From: Candidatus Moraniibacteriota bacterium
GTDB taxonomy: Bacteria > Patescibacteriota > Minisyncoccia > Moranbacterales > UBA1568
DNA length: 64,000 bases
Reading direction: 5' to 3'
Assembly: GCA_037441965.1 (NCBI GenBank)
Contig: JBBIRD010000001.1
Location: 2,255-66,254, forward strand
In this document: positions 1-9,918 of the stretch, in pieces
Position numbering within the stretch: position 1 is the first letter of the stretch
How the letters are laid out: each line of letters begins with the position of its first letter
The notes under the pieces: generated by a model
Told to the model about the DNA's origin: nothing
The model's input: the letters and a program-made list of their open reading frames with translations, nothing else
Database searches by the model: none
Program-made: the position numbers and the translations under genes

Positions 1-1
1 G

Positions 2-757
2 ATCACCGATATCACTTTGAAGACTGATCAGAACATCACGACACTTGCAGGTCTTCAAGCCTCGATCGATACACAACTTACTGTGATTGGTACAGAGATG
101 TCTCTCTTGAAAGCAAAGAATGTAGATTATGATACTTATTTTGCAGATAATCTCGCTCATCTCACGACACTTGATACGACAACAGCAACACTGCGTAGCG
201 ATCTTACCCTCGAGACTTCCAAAGTAGCACTGCTGGAAACACAGGTACAGTCGCTTATGGATTTCTATGCAAGTTTTGATCTTGGGAAGAGTCTTATGAA
301 AGATGTTGCAGGTAATGTCGATTTGACGGTTGATAGTTTAGGGAATCCGGTAACGCTTGGCGGTAAACTCAAAGCGGTTATTCTTGAAACAGGAGAACTT
401 GCTATCACCGTAGTCGATCCACTCGCTCCGACGATCGGTACTGCTGAAATTTTGCCAGTAGCTGTCGATGCGAATGCTGATGGCAATGATGATTATTCAC
501 TCCTTCCGATGACGGACCCTATCGTCATCGCTCGTGATGGTACATCGGTTCAGGTGATGACCAAAGCGATGATTCCGATGGTCAATGGATCGCGTATTTT
601 TACAACATTTAAGAATAATCCAGGAGGATCGAGTTGGGTAGAAAAAACGAAAGATACTCACAACGACTTTGTCGGTTTCCAAATCAAACTTTCGGCGCCA
701 GTTTCTGTCCCGACCAAAGTCGATTGGATCCTTATCGAAGAAAAGAACGGGAAATAG
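2..757 (+). CDS. C-terminal part of a large surface/fibre-like protein (5' truncated by the window)
   Basis: Frame is open from base 2 (ITDITLKTDQ...). A coiled-coil-like segment is followed by a beta-rich C-terminal domain ending VDWILIEEKNGK. Confidence 0.6.
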   Translation: MTDITLKTDQNITTLAGLQASIDTQLTVIGTEMSLLKAKNVDYDTYFADNLAHLTTLDTTTATLRSDLTLETSKVALLETQVQSLMDFYASFDLGKSLMKDVAGNVDLTVDSLGNPVTLGGKLKAVILETGELAITVVDPLAPTIGTAEILPVAVDANADGNDDYSLLPMTDPIVIARDGTSVQVMTKAMIPMVNGSRIFTTFKNNPGGSSWVEKTKDTHNDFVGFQIKLSAPVSVPTKVDWILIEEKNGK

Positions 758-830
758 TCGTTTGTTTTTGATGAAGAAATATGTTTATATATATGGATAG
801 ATTGTCGTAAGAGGATTAACAGAATGTTGT

Positions 831-3800
831 ATGGTTCGTATCTCACCAAAAAATATTCTTTTGTATGTAGCACTCCTTGTAGTGCCTCTTTTTGTTTACA
901 TTTTTTGGCAAATGTCTTCTCCAGAAACGATCGTAAAGACCGTCAAAAAATATGAACAAGCTGGAGAGAAAGTAAGGCAAGATCTTATCAAGAGCCCGAC
1001 TCTTCCAATAGTAGAAAAAGAGAATACATATCAGGTAGTTGACTCTTCGATAGAAGATATCAGTATTCAATATGCAAAATATAGCGAAAGCATACCGCCC
1101 AAGGATGATGAGAATAATCAGCAGAATGAGCAAAAAGATCATCAAAATGGAGAAGAAAAGAAACCGCAAGATCTGTTCAAGAAACCCACTCTTTCTATCG
1201 ATTTTCCAAAAAATTATTCTCAACCAATCAATATAAAACTTGATGCAGAGAGAATGATAGATATTACAGATCTCTCTGGAACGAGTGATTATTCAGTATC
1301 GACTATTGCTCGAGAAATACCAGAGAAAAATGATCTCTCTACATCATCAATAAATAATCCTGACAGATCATTATTTCGTAAGAGTCTTGAACAGAAGTTA
1401 TTTGGTATTGATATACGGAAAATCTTTCAGAAAACGCCTTCAGAAGATACCATCCTTCACTATACGAGTCGTGACGGACGCAAGTCACTTCTGTACACAT
1501 TTATCAAAGACCCTTCTACTGGAGAGAAAACACTCAAACATTGGACTCTTTATGAATACGGTACCGGTACAGAACAAGAGCAATACCAATTTTCAAATGC
1601 CAAGGTTAAGATAAATGCTGAAGGTATCGCAGAGGTCTATTATTTTGGGACGCAAGAAATTCAGAATGAAAAAGTAAAATCAGAAGTGAGTCCTGATCTC
1701 TTGGCACGAGCACAGCGGGCAATGGAGAAAGAAACAGGTCAAGATATCCTTCTGAGTAGGAATAATCCAGATTTTACTCTTCCTGCACCGTATTATATCG
1801 ATAAAAACGGAGAACAGCACAATGCAGAATGGCAGTGGAATGCTGATAAACAGATACTCTCAGTGAAATTTGATCCAGAGAGAAATATGTATCCGATCGC
1901 TCTTGATCCGACACTTTCTTTTACTGCTCCGGGTCAATCAAATTCGATGAGTATGATAACAGGATCGAGTCCTTCGTCCTTTGCGATTGGTGATTTCAAT
2001 AATGATGGGAAAAATGATCTGGCTGTTGGAGCTGATACGGTAGTGATTTTTTACGGTGGCTTTACCTTTTCAAAAAGTGTTGATTCTGCAGATGTTGTTA
2101 TCAGTAGTACCTCTTATGATGGCGTGGGATTTGGAGCTGGACTAGTTGCAGGAGATTTTGATGGTGACAATAAAACTGATTTACTCGTTCTTGGAAGTTG
2201 GGGAACATGGTATGATCCTGACTACGCCGTATATATATTTTATAATAGCTCCATTCGTACAGGATCTTATAACAATGCCGATTTTCAGAATAGCTCTTTC
2301 AGGGGAAGGCTTTCTATTGGTTTAGGCGATTTGAATGATGATGGGAAAAAAGATCTTATAATAGGAGAACCTAATAATCGTTATAAAGCCGATTCGGTCT
2401 ATATCTATTATGCAGGTATTCCTCTGTCAAGTGGCCCGCAAGTGACTCTCACAGGCATCACTGATACGGATGGAGGAAATCTGAGAGGTGCTTTCGGAAG
2501 TTCTTTTGGTGTCGGTGATTTCAATGCGGATGGCAAGAACGACATTGCTGTGAGCGCTCCCGCTTTTGGATCGTATTATAATACTGGACAATATCCTGGT
2601 TGGTATAATACATACCAAGGGAGAATATATATTTTCTACGGTGGTTCTATCACTACAAAGAATGCTTTATCTGCTGATAGAGTGATCATTGGTGAAGCAG
2701 GTGGGCTAGGTAGAGAAATTTCAGGAGTGGTCGATCTCAATGGAGATGGATATGTAGATATTTTGACAATAGATACCGGTCCGCAAAAACTTTCAATGTT
2801 TTATAACAATGCGGGTACTATTTCTACTCCTCCTGATGTTTCGATTGCTTCTGCATTTGTTTATGGTGCCACTTGGAATGATTTTAATGGTGATGGGCGT
2901 GCTGATTTTGCGATAATAAATCGGTTTTATTCAAGTATAGATATTATTTATAATGATGGTGATTATCCGGCGGATATGGCTAATGCTGATGTGCGTATTG
3001 GTGGACAACCAGTATTTTATAATAAGGCACATATTGTGTCTTCAGGCGATTTGAATGGTGATGGACAAGCAGATATCGTGACAAATTCACAGGATGGATC
3101 AAATACATCTATCCTCTATTCTCAGAATGGACAAGTGAACACAAATCAGTATGCTCTTGGAGAAGCATCAGGAGATGCTTTCGGCACTGCTATGGTTGCA
3201 GGAGATTTCAATGCTGATGGCACGACGGATCTCGCAGTAGGTGCACCTGCTGGATCTGGACACTCTTCGAATACCGGACGAGTCTATCTTTTTTATAACC
3301 GAGGATCATATCCTCGTGATGCCAGTTCTGCTGATGTGATTATTGACGGAGGAGCGATAGATGATTTTTTTGGTTTTTCATTGATTGCTGGTGATTTCAA
3401 TGGCGACAAAAAAATTGATTTTGCGGTCGGGTCCCCAGGAAGTTCTTTGAATACTGGAAGTACATATGTTTTCTATGCAGATGGGACAAATGATTTTGGA
3501 ACAATATTTTGTACCTCGAGCTTTCCGACGCTTTGTAGCGCAAGCAATGCTGATGTTATCCTTACAGGTGGATTGCCTGGCATTGGGATTGGATCGTCGT
3601 TTGGAACAACACTCACAACGGGTGATTTCAATAGTGATGGAAAAATGGATCTGGCTATCGGTGCCACAGGATATAGTTCAAATACTGGGAGTGTATCTGT
3701 ATTCTATGCCCCATTTAGCGGAGTGAATGTTACTCTGACGGGAGAAAATGTTAATGATTTGTTTGGAAAAGCGCTGATAGCGGGCGATTTCAATCATGAC

Positions 3801-6800
3801 AATAGGACCGACCTTGCAGTCGGGGCTACGGGATATAGTTCTGCCACTGGTCGTGTCTATTTGTTTTACAATAGTGGGAGTACTCTCCCTACGACTGCCA
3901 GTCTTACGATTACCGGATCTCAGACAACTCAGTCTTTCGGATATGCTTTGGCAGTAGGAGATTTCAATGCTGACAATAGTACGGATCTCGTGGTAGGGAC
4001 TCATTCGGATTTTCTCTTTCCGAGAATGTGTACTGATGATCCTAGTGCTGACTTCGTTATTTATTATCCCTGTAATTATTATGATGCTGGGAGGGTTTAT
4101 ATTTTCTATGGTGATAGTACTATTCCTACGACCGCTAATACGGCAGATATTATCTTAGATGTTAATGACTTGTCCGCCACTGCACAACCACGATATTTTG
4201 GATCTTCATTGGCCACAGGAGATTTGAATGCTGATGGGAAAATAGATTTGGTTATTGGACAACCAAATTACGACGGCACAACTTATGTTGGTCTTGTTCG
4301 TATTCTCTATAATGATGGTGCTCTTGGGACTGATGTAACTATTAAAGGATGGAGCAATAATTCTTTTCTTGGTACCAGTCTTGTTACAGGAGATTTCAAT
4401 GCTAATGGTCGGACAAACTTGGTTGTGGGAGAAGGATTATCAGTTGGTGCAGGACGGATATCATTTTTCGAAACGCGTGATAATTTTGTATGGAATCCTC
4501 AAACATTGTCTCTCGCAGAAGGAGCGACAATGAAAGGTGATATGCTTGGTCAAGAGCAGAGAATCTCTGGTAGTGTAAATGCGGAGTTGTTTGGGAGTTC
4601 TCTTGCATCAGGGGATTTCAATAATGACGGGAAGAATGATCTCGCTGTCGGAGCGAGCGGATCATCTTCTCTCTATATATTTTATGCTGATGGCGAATAC
4701 CCTGTGAGAAGTTCAGATGCGAATGTTGTGATCAAAGGAATGTCAGTGACAGGATTAGGAACCACCCTTATCGCTGGAGACTTTAATGATGATGGAAAAA
4801 CTGACATTGCTACATCTAATCTCGAGTCTGTCTATATTTTCTATAATGATGGTTCATATCCTTTAGATGCTGTTACTGCGGATGTTGTTATTGCCGGAGA
4901 AACAGCCTATAGTTCAGGTTCTGCTTTTGGATCTTCGATGGTTTCGGAAGATATGAATGATGATGGGAAGAAAGATCTCGTTATCGGTTCATACGGATAT
5001 TCTACTTCTGCTTTTACAGCGACGAACACCGGTCGCGTGTATATCTATTATGCGAACGGAACACGAAATTTTGTCTGTACAACATCTCCTTGTACGGCTT
5101 CGGATGCTGATGTGATTATTAACGGATCAGAAGGATCCTATTTTGGTTATCAGATAGTGACAGGCGATTTTAATACCGATAATAAGACAGATTTGACGGT
5201 GAGTGCGCCTTTCCTTCAGACGAGTAATACAGGTAGAGTATACATATTTTATGTTGATGGGACTAATAATTTTGGAACAACGAGTTGTGTTGGAACGCCA
5301 GCACTCTGCAATGCTAGTGATGCTGATGTAACGATTATGAGTGAGGTGATTTCTTCTATGAATATCGATGGACTTGGTTACTCGATAGCTTCTGGTGATC
5401 TCAATAATGATGGGAAAATAGATTTGGCTATTGGAACGCAATCGTATTGTTATGACGATATTACTCAAGGTTGTTCTGGACGTATGTATTTAATATATAA
5501 TCAAGGTTCTGGGATATATCCTGCAAATGCAGGGGGTGCTGATGTGATCATAGCTGGTGGGCAAGATAGTTTTCTTGGTAGAAAGATTGCTATTGGTGAT
5601 GTTAATAGAGATAATCGTGAAGATCTTTTGGTATGGAGAGGAGATGTTACTAGTACTCACTATCTGGATGTATTTCTCAATGATGGATCAGGGTATCCGA
5701 CAAATCTCTCTGGAATAATAGAAAGTGATGTTAATTTTACTTATCCAGCAATGACAAATGATATGGACTCTTCTCAGGTTATTTTTGATGATTTGAATGC
5801 TGATGGATATCAAGATCTCGTCATCAGTGATATTGGTTTTAATGGAAAAGGAAAGATTTCTCTTTATACAACAAATGATACGAGTATCAGTGGTGAAGCA
5901 ACAGGAAATTATTTTGGTTCAGCTCTGGCAATAGGAGATTTTAATGCTGATGGGAAGAAAGATCTTGCTGTGGGTGCGCCCGGATATTCTTCAAATACCG
6001 GTCGTGTATATATTTTTTATAATGATAATCATCTTCCGTCATCTGCTTTTCTGGCTGATGCCATTATCACAGGCGAGACGACAGGTGATCAATTTGGGAA
6101 ATCGATTTCTCTTGTTGATTTCAATATTGATGGAGAACAGGATCTGGTTGTTGGTGCGAGTGGATATAGCACAAGTAAAGGAAGTGTATACTTTTTTGCT
6201 AATCTTGGAACAGGGGTTTATCCTGTGTCTGCAAGTGGTAGAGATACATTGATTGTTGGTGAGGCGGACAATAATTATTTTGGTGAAGTATTAGCATCAG
6301 ATGATATGGATCATGATGGATGGGCCGATATGGTTGTAGGTGCTCGAGGATATTTGTCAAATGCGGGTCGCGTTTATATGTTTTATTCGGATGGTGTATA
6401 TCCTGCAACATCCGATCTGGCAGATAGTATTATTACTGGTGAAACAGGCATCTTGTTCGGATCAGCTCTTGCTACAGGAGATTTTGATAGAGATGGCAAG
6501 AAAGATGTCGCAGTGAGTGCGCCTGGATATTCTTCAAATACCGGTCGTGTATATATTTTCTATTACAATGTAGGACTTGGCACATTTCCATCGACTGTTG
6601 CTACGGCCAATGCTACTATTACAGGATCTTTATATACACTTCCTGTGCCTTGCTATTTTTCTTGTACAGCTTTTGATCCATATTTTGGTTCAGCACTCGT
6701 TTCTAGTGATTTCAATAATGATGGCAAGACTGATTTAGCTGTTGGGTCTTACAATTATGGTTTTCAGAATTGGGATAGAGATCCTATGGATATCGATGCG

Positions 6801-7313
6801 AATCTCACTACATATCACTTTGGTCGTGTTGATATTTTTTATAATACTGCCACGGGTATATATCCTACGAGCGCGAGCAATGCTAATGTGACTATGGTAC
6901 CAGAATCAAATTCGTATCTTGGATCTTCTCTTTCTGTTGGTGATGTAAATGCTGATAAAAAGGCAGATCTGATAGCAGATGTTGCGAATGGTGTCTTTGT
7001 TTTTTATAATGATGGAGCGTACCCAGATAATGCCTATCCGGATATACGATCTGTTTTTGAACCAGATCTCAGGCCGTCGGTCAAAGTGAATACCCCTCAT
7101 ATTTCTGTCGTCGGCGACTTCAATGATGATGGAAAGGGTGATATAGTAACAGGTATCGGTGAATATTATTACTATGGGCCACTCTATTCTCAACTACTCA
7201 ATACGACTGGCTATGTGACGACAACGATTTCTGAAGTTCGTACTATTGATCGTTTCCTTCGTCTTCGCTTACGAGGCACTGCGAAATTTCAGGGACAAAA
7301 TAGTATACGATAA
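831..7313 (+). CDS. Giant membrane-anchored FG-GAP/integrin-alpha-like repeat (beta-propeller) protein, 2160 aa
   Basis: N-terminal TM helix; more than 20 repeats of the form FGxxL(A)xGDFNxDGxxDLAVGAP...GRVYIFY with DxNxDG Ca-binding loops. Confidence 0.9.
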   Translation: MVRISPKNILLYVALLVVPLFVYIFWQMSSPETIVKTVKKYEQAGEKVRQDLIKSPTLPIVEKENTYQVVDSSIEDISIQYAKYSESIPPKDDENNQQNEQKDHQNGEEKKPQDLFKKPTLSIDFPKNYSQPINIKLDAERMIDITDLSGTSDYSVSTIAREIPEKNDLSTSSINNPDRSLFRKSLEQKLFGIDIRKIFQKTPSEDTILHYTSRDGRKSLLYTFIKDPSTGEKTLKHWTLYEYGTGTEQEQYQFSNAKVKINAEGIAEVYYFGTQEIQNEKVKSEVSPDLLARAQRAMEKETGQDILLSRNNPDFTLPAPYYIDKNGEQHNAEWQWNADKQILSVKFDPERNMYPIALDPTLSFTAPGQSNSMSMITGSSPSSFAIGDFNNDGKNDLAVGADTVVIFYGGFTFSKSVDSADVVISSTSYDGVGFGAGLVAGDFDGDNKTDLLVLGSWGTWYDPDYAVYIFYNSSIRTGSYNNADFQNSSFRGRLSIGLGDLNDDGKKDLIIGEPNNRYKADSVYIYYAGIPLSSGPQVTLTGITDTDGGNLRGAFGSSFGVGDFNADGKNDIAVSAPAFGSYYNTGQYPGWYNTYQGRIYIFYGGSITTKNALSADRVIIGEAGGLGREISGVVDLNGDGYVDILTIDTGPQKLSMFYNNAGTISTPPDVSIASAFVYGATWNDFNGDGRADFAIINRFYSSIDIIYNDGDYPADMANADVRIGGQPVFYNKAHIVSSGDLNGDGQADIVTNSQDGSNTSILYSQNGQVNTNQYALGEASGDAFGTAMVAGDFNADGTTDLAVGAPAGSGHSSNTGRVYLFYNRGSYPRDASSADVIIDGGAIDDFFGFSLIAGDFNGDKKIDFAVGSPGSSLNTGSTYVFYADGTNDFGTIFCTSSFPTLCSASNADVILTGGLPGIGIGSSFGTTLTTGDFNSDGKMDLAIGATGYSSNTGSVSVFYAPFSGVNVTLTGENVNDLFGKALIAGDFNHDNRTDLAVGATGYSSATGRVYLFYNSGSTLPTTASLTITGSQTTQSFGYALAVGDFNADNSTDLVVGTHSDFLFPRMCTDDPSADFVIYYPCNYYDAGRVYIFYGDSTIPTTANTADIILDVNDLSATAQPRYFGSSLATGDLNADGKIDLVIGQPNYDGTTYVGLVRILYNDGALGTDVTIKGWSNNSFLGTSLVTGDFNANGRTNLVVGEGLSVGAGRISFFETRDNFVWNPQTLSLAEGATMKGDMLGQEQRISGSVNAELFGSSLASGDFNNDGKNDLAVGASGSSSLYIFYADGEYPVRSSDANVVIKGMSVTGLGTTLIAGDFNDDGKTDIATSNLESVYIFYNDGSYPLDAVTADVVIAGETAYSSGSAFGSSMVSEDMNDDGKKDLVIGSYGYSTSAFTATNTGRVYIYYANGTRNFVCTTSPCTASDADVIINGSEGSYFGYQIVTGDFNTDNKTDLTVSAPFLQTSNTGRVYIFYVDGTNNFGTTSCVGTPALCNASDADVTIMSEVISSMNIDGLGYSIASGDLNNDGKIDLAIGTQSYCYDDITQGCSGRMYLIYNQGSGIYPANAGGADVIIAGGQDSFLGRKIAIGDVNRDNREDLLVWRGDVTSTHYLDVFLNDGSGYPTNLSGIIESDVNFTYPAMTNDMDSSQVIFDDLNADGYQDLVISDIGFNGKGKISLYTTNDTSISGEATGNYFGSALAIGDFNADGKKDLAVGAPGYSSNTGRVYIFYNDNHLPSSAFLADAIITGETTGDQFGKSISLVDFNIDGEQDLVVGASGYSTSKGSVYFFANLGTGVYPVSASGRDTLIVGEADNNYFGEVLASDDMDHDGWADMVVGARGYLSNAGRVYMFYSDGVYPATSDLADSIITGETGILFGSALATGDFDRDGKKDVAVSAPGYSSNTGRVYIFYYNVGLGTFPSTVATANATITGSLYTLPVPCYFSCTAFDPYFGSALVSSDFNNDGKTDLAVGSYNYGFQNWDRDPMDIDANLTTYHFGRVDIFYNTATGIYPTSASNANVTMVPESNSYLGSSLSVGDVNADKKADLIADVANGVFVFYNDGAYPDNAYPDIRSVFEPDLRPSVKVNTPHISVVGDFNDDGKGDIVTGIGEYYYYGPLYSQLLNTTGYVTTTISEVRTIDRFLRLRLRGTAKFQGQNSIR

Positions 7314-7403
7314 GAAAATTATCTCTATCTTTTGATAGAATAATTGCGATAGCAGAAGATATGCCAGTGAGAAAGAGAAATAACTTGAGGAAGCAATGAA
7401 ACT

Positions 7404-9293
7404 ATGGAGATGAAAAGATTTTTTCTCAAAAAAAGAATACTCTATATTTGTTTTCTTCTTCTTTCTATCTTTATTGGGAATAAATTTTTTGATTATCAGA
7501 AAACAGCACAGCATCTTCAAGGAATAGAGAAATTACTTGCGTTAACATCTGAAGATTTAAATGATATTAAATCTGATCCTCATAAAACAAAAGAGTCAGT
7601 AAGGGAAGCAATCGATGCATATTCTCAGCATATTTCAGACACCCTCTCGATTGCTCAAAAAATAACAAATATGGAGGCTTCTCAGGAAGCGTTCGTTGCT
7701 ATCTTTAGGAAGGTTGCTTCACAATTGGGAGATATCCGAATGATTCAGCAGAATACTGAATTAACATCATCACAATCTGGAATTATTGAAAGAATAAGAG
7801 ATGTAAATATGTATGTGCAGGAGCAATCAGTAGAGCGACTCACAACACTCGCTCAGAGTGATAACGCTATAGACCAATCGAAAGAAGGGAAGAAGATAGG
7901 TGCATTACCCTCTTGTTCTGATTGCAATGTTATTCTTATCTCCCTTACCACTCTTCGTCCTGATCGTATGGGTATTTATGGATATCAGAAACAAACTACT
8001 CCGCATATTGACGCATTCTTCAAGAACTCAATTATCTTCAGAAATACGGTTGCGCCTACTTCTTGGACTACCCCAAATGCTCTATCACTCTTTACTGCTG
8101 TTTTCCCATACCGACATAACATTATTTCAAGAGAAATTGATCCGATTTACAATCGAAAAATTCTGACATTGGCAGAGATGCTGAAAAAAAATAATTATAC
8201 TACAGGGGCATTTACAGGAGGAGGGGATTATAATAATAAATACAGTGGACTCAACCGTGGGTTTGATTTCTACCTTGATGAAGCAAATTATAAGACATTC
8301 AAAATAAAAGCAGATATTTCTATCGGGACAGGCCCTCTTTTTTATTCTCCACTTCGAGAGTTTCTTCCGCTAGGAACCGATTGGATGGAACAGAATTATA
8401 AAAAAAAGTTTTTTCTTTTCTTGCAGGGATATGATCCTCACTGTCCTTTGAGTCCACGCGAACCATTTGCTCAGCAATTTACTAAAAAGATGAAAAGTGA
8501 TGTAGATTTTTCTGTATGTCATACAACATACGATGATACGGAGCCATTATATGAAAATGGAAAGAAATATTGGGAAGTAATGACGACATCAGATGGAACA
8601 AGAAGCCCTTTCAAGATGCGACTTTCTCAGGAAGATGTTGATTATATGAATGCTCTGTATGATGCTCGTGTGGCAGAGATGGATTTTTATTTAAATAATT
8701 TCTTTGAAAAACTCAAGAGTCTTGGTCTAGAAGAAAAGACGGTGATCGTATTGATGGCAGATCATGGAGAGATGCTCGGAGAACACGGACGGTTTATGAG
8801 GGGTGGCACTATTAGAGGAAACTCATATAAGCAATCTCTTCATTTTCCTCTTCTTATCAAGCATCCAAAAATAACAGAACCTCTCATCGTGGAGGATATT
8901 GTGAATACAGTGGATATTATGCCGACACTTCTTTCTATGTTGGATATAACAGATCCTCAGGAAGATATACGACAAGGTCACTCGCTTCATATCTCAAACT
9001 TCCAGAGTGATCCGACCAATGAATATGGTTTTTCAGGAGCCAAATATGAAAGGAGTAATGTGATTGGATATTTTGATTTTCCTACTGCATCTGAATCTGT
9101 TCAGGACAAGAAATGGAAATTGATCAAAGAAACTATCTTCGATAATGATGGTTTTTCAGTAGAAAAAATCTCATATAAACTCTTTGATCTTGAGAATGAT
9201 CCTAACGAGAACATCAATCTTTATGACGCAGAAAGAGAAGAAGCAGAGAAGCTCAAAGTTGTATTAGAGAAGTGGCTTGATCAATATCGATGA
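7404..9293 (+). CDS. Membrane-anchored sulfatase-like hydrolase/transferase (alkaline phosphatase superfamily)
   Basis: NVILISLTTLRPD, SWTTPN, YDPHCP, ADHGE and LFDLENDPNE motifs; N-terminal TM plus a helical stalk. Confidence 0.8.
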   Translation: MEMKRFFLKKRILYICFLLLSIFIGNKFFDYQKTAQHLQGIEKLLALTSEDLNDIKSDPHKTKESVREAIDAYSQHISDTLSIAQKITNMEASQEAFVAIFRKVASQLGDIRMIQQNTELTSSQSGIIERIRDVNMYVQEQSVERLTTLAQSDNAIDQSKEGKKIGALPSCSDCNVILISLTTLRPDRMGIYGYQKQTTPHIDAFFKNSIIFRNTVAPTSWTTPNALSLFTAVFPYRHNIISREIDPIYNRKILTLAEMLKKNNYTTGAFTGGGDYNNKYSGLNRGFDFYLDEANYKTFKIKADISIGTGPLFYSPLREFLPLGTDWMEQNYKKKFFLFLQGYDPHCPLSPREPFAQQFTKKMKSDVDFSVCHTTYDDTEPLYENGKKYWEVMTTSDGTRSPFKMRLSQEDVDYMNALYDARVAEMDFYLNNFFEKLKSLGLEEKTVIVLMADHGEMLGEHGRFMRGGTIRGNSYKQSLHFPLLIKHPKITEPLIVEDIVNTVDIMPTLLSMLDITDPQEDIRQGHSLHISNFQSDPTNEYGFSGAKYERSNVIGYFDFPTASESVQDKKWKLIKETIFDNDGFSVEKISYKLFDLENDPNENINLYDAEREEAEKLKVVLEKWLDQYR

Positions 9294-9305
9294 TATTTCT
9301 ATTGT

Positions 9306-9905
9306 ATGAAGTATAAAAGAATTTTTATTGTTATCATTATCAGTCTTTTTATTGGCATTGGTTCTAGTATTTTCTGGCAATTTTATTATGATCAGAAACA
9401 TTCATTGAAGAATCTAGGCTTTTCAATAGCTGGAAGAGAGAAGTTCTTTGTTGAAGAAAGATTCCCTCGTCATTTCTCTGATTATGAAGAAGAAGCTCTT
9501 TTTGCTAATGGAGAATCAGGTATCCTCCAACTTACATTGATTTCAAATCTCACAAGAGAGCGCGCACAAGAGTATGCTCGATCACAATTTTCCGTGTTTG
9601 AAAGTATGTTCGATAAAAGATTGCCACCATATCCAGAGCTTATTACCAATGCCACTGGTTGTGCTGATGAGTTTTTGCCACAGAAGAAGGAAACGCCCAT
9701 TGGAAACTATTATACGGCTTATGCAGGTAATCGATTTAATTTCGGTATCTGTGATCAGAGTATTGCCAAATATAAATCTGGTGTTGGTATTTTTTATTGC
9801 GAGAAACTTCGGCGAGAAGTGAAACTCTCTTATTTTATTGATAAATCTGAGAATTTTGATACAATAGATGCATTGATGAATTCATTCATCTGTCTTGATA
9901 AGTAA
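9306..9905 (+). CDS. Hypothetical membrane-anchored protein with four Cys
   Basis: 199-aa ORF with an N-terminal TM helix; operon-like spacing to neighbours. Confidence 0.7.
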   Translation: MKYKRIFIVIIISLFIGIGSSIFWQFYYDQKHSLKNLGFSIAGREKFFVEERFPRHFSDYEEEALFANGESGILQLTLISNLTRERAQEYARSQFSVFESMFDKRLPPYPELITNATGCADEFLPQKKETPIGNYYTAYAGNRFNFGICDQSIAKYKSGVGIFYCEKLRREVKLSYFIDKSENFDTIDALMNSFICLDK

Positions 9906-9918
9906 TGTGTAAACGAAT

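Noticed and set aside
831-7313. CRISPR array or DGR template/variable repeat among the repeated DNA
   Set aside because: The repeats are in-frame protein repeats. There are no fixed repeat-spacer units, no reverse transcriptase in the window, and no adenine-specific mismatch pair was seen.
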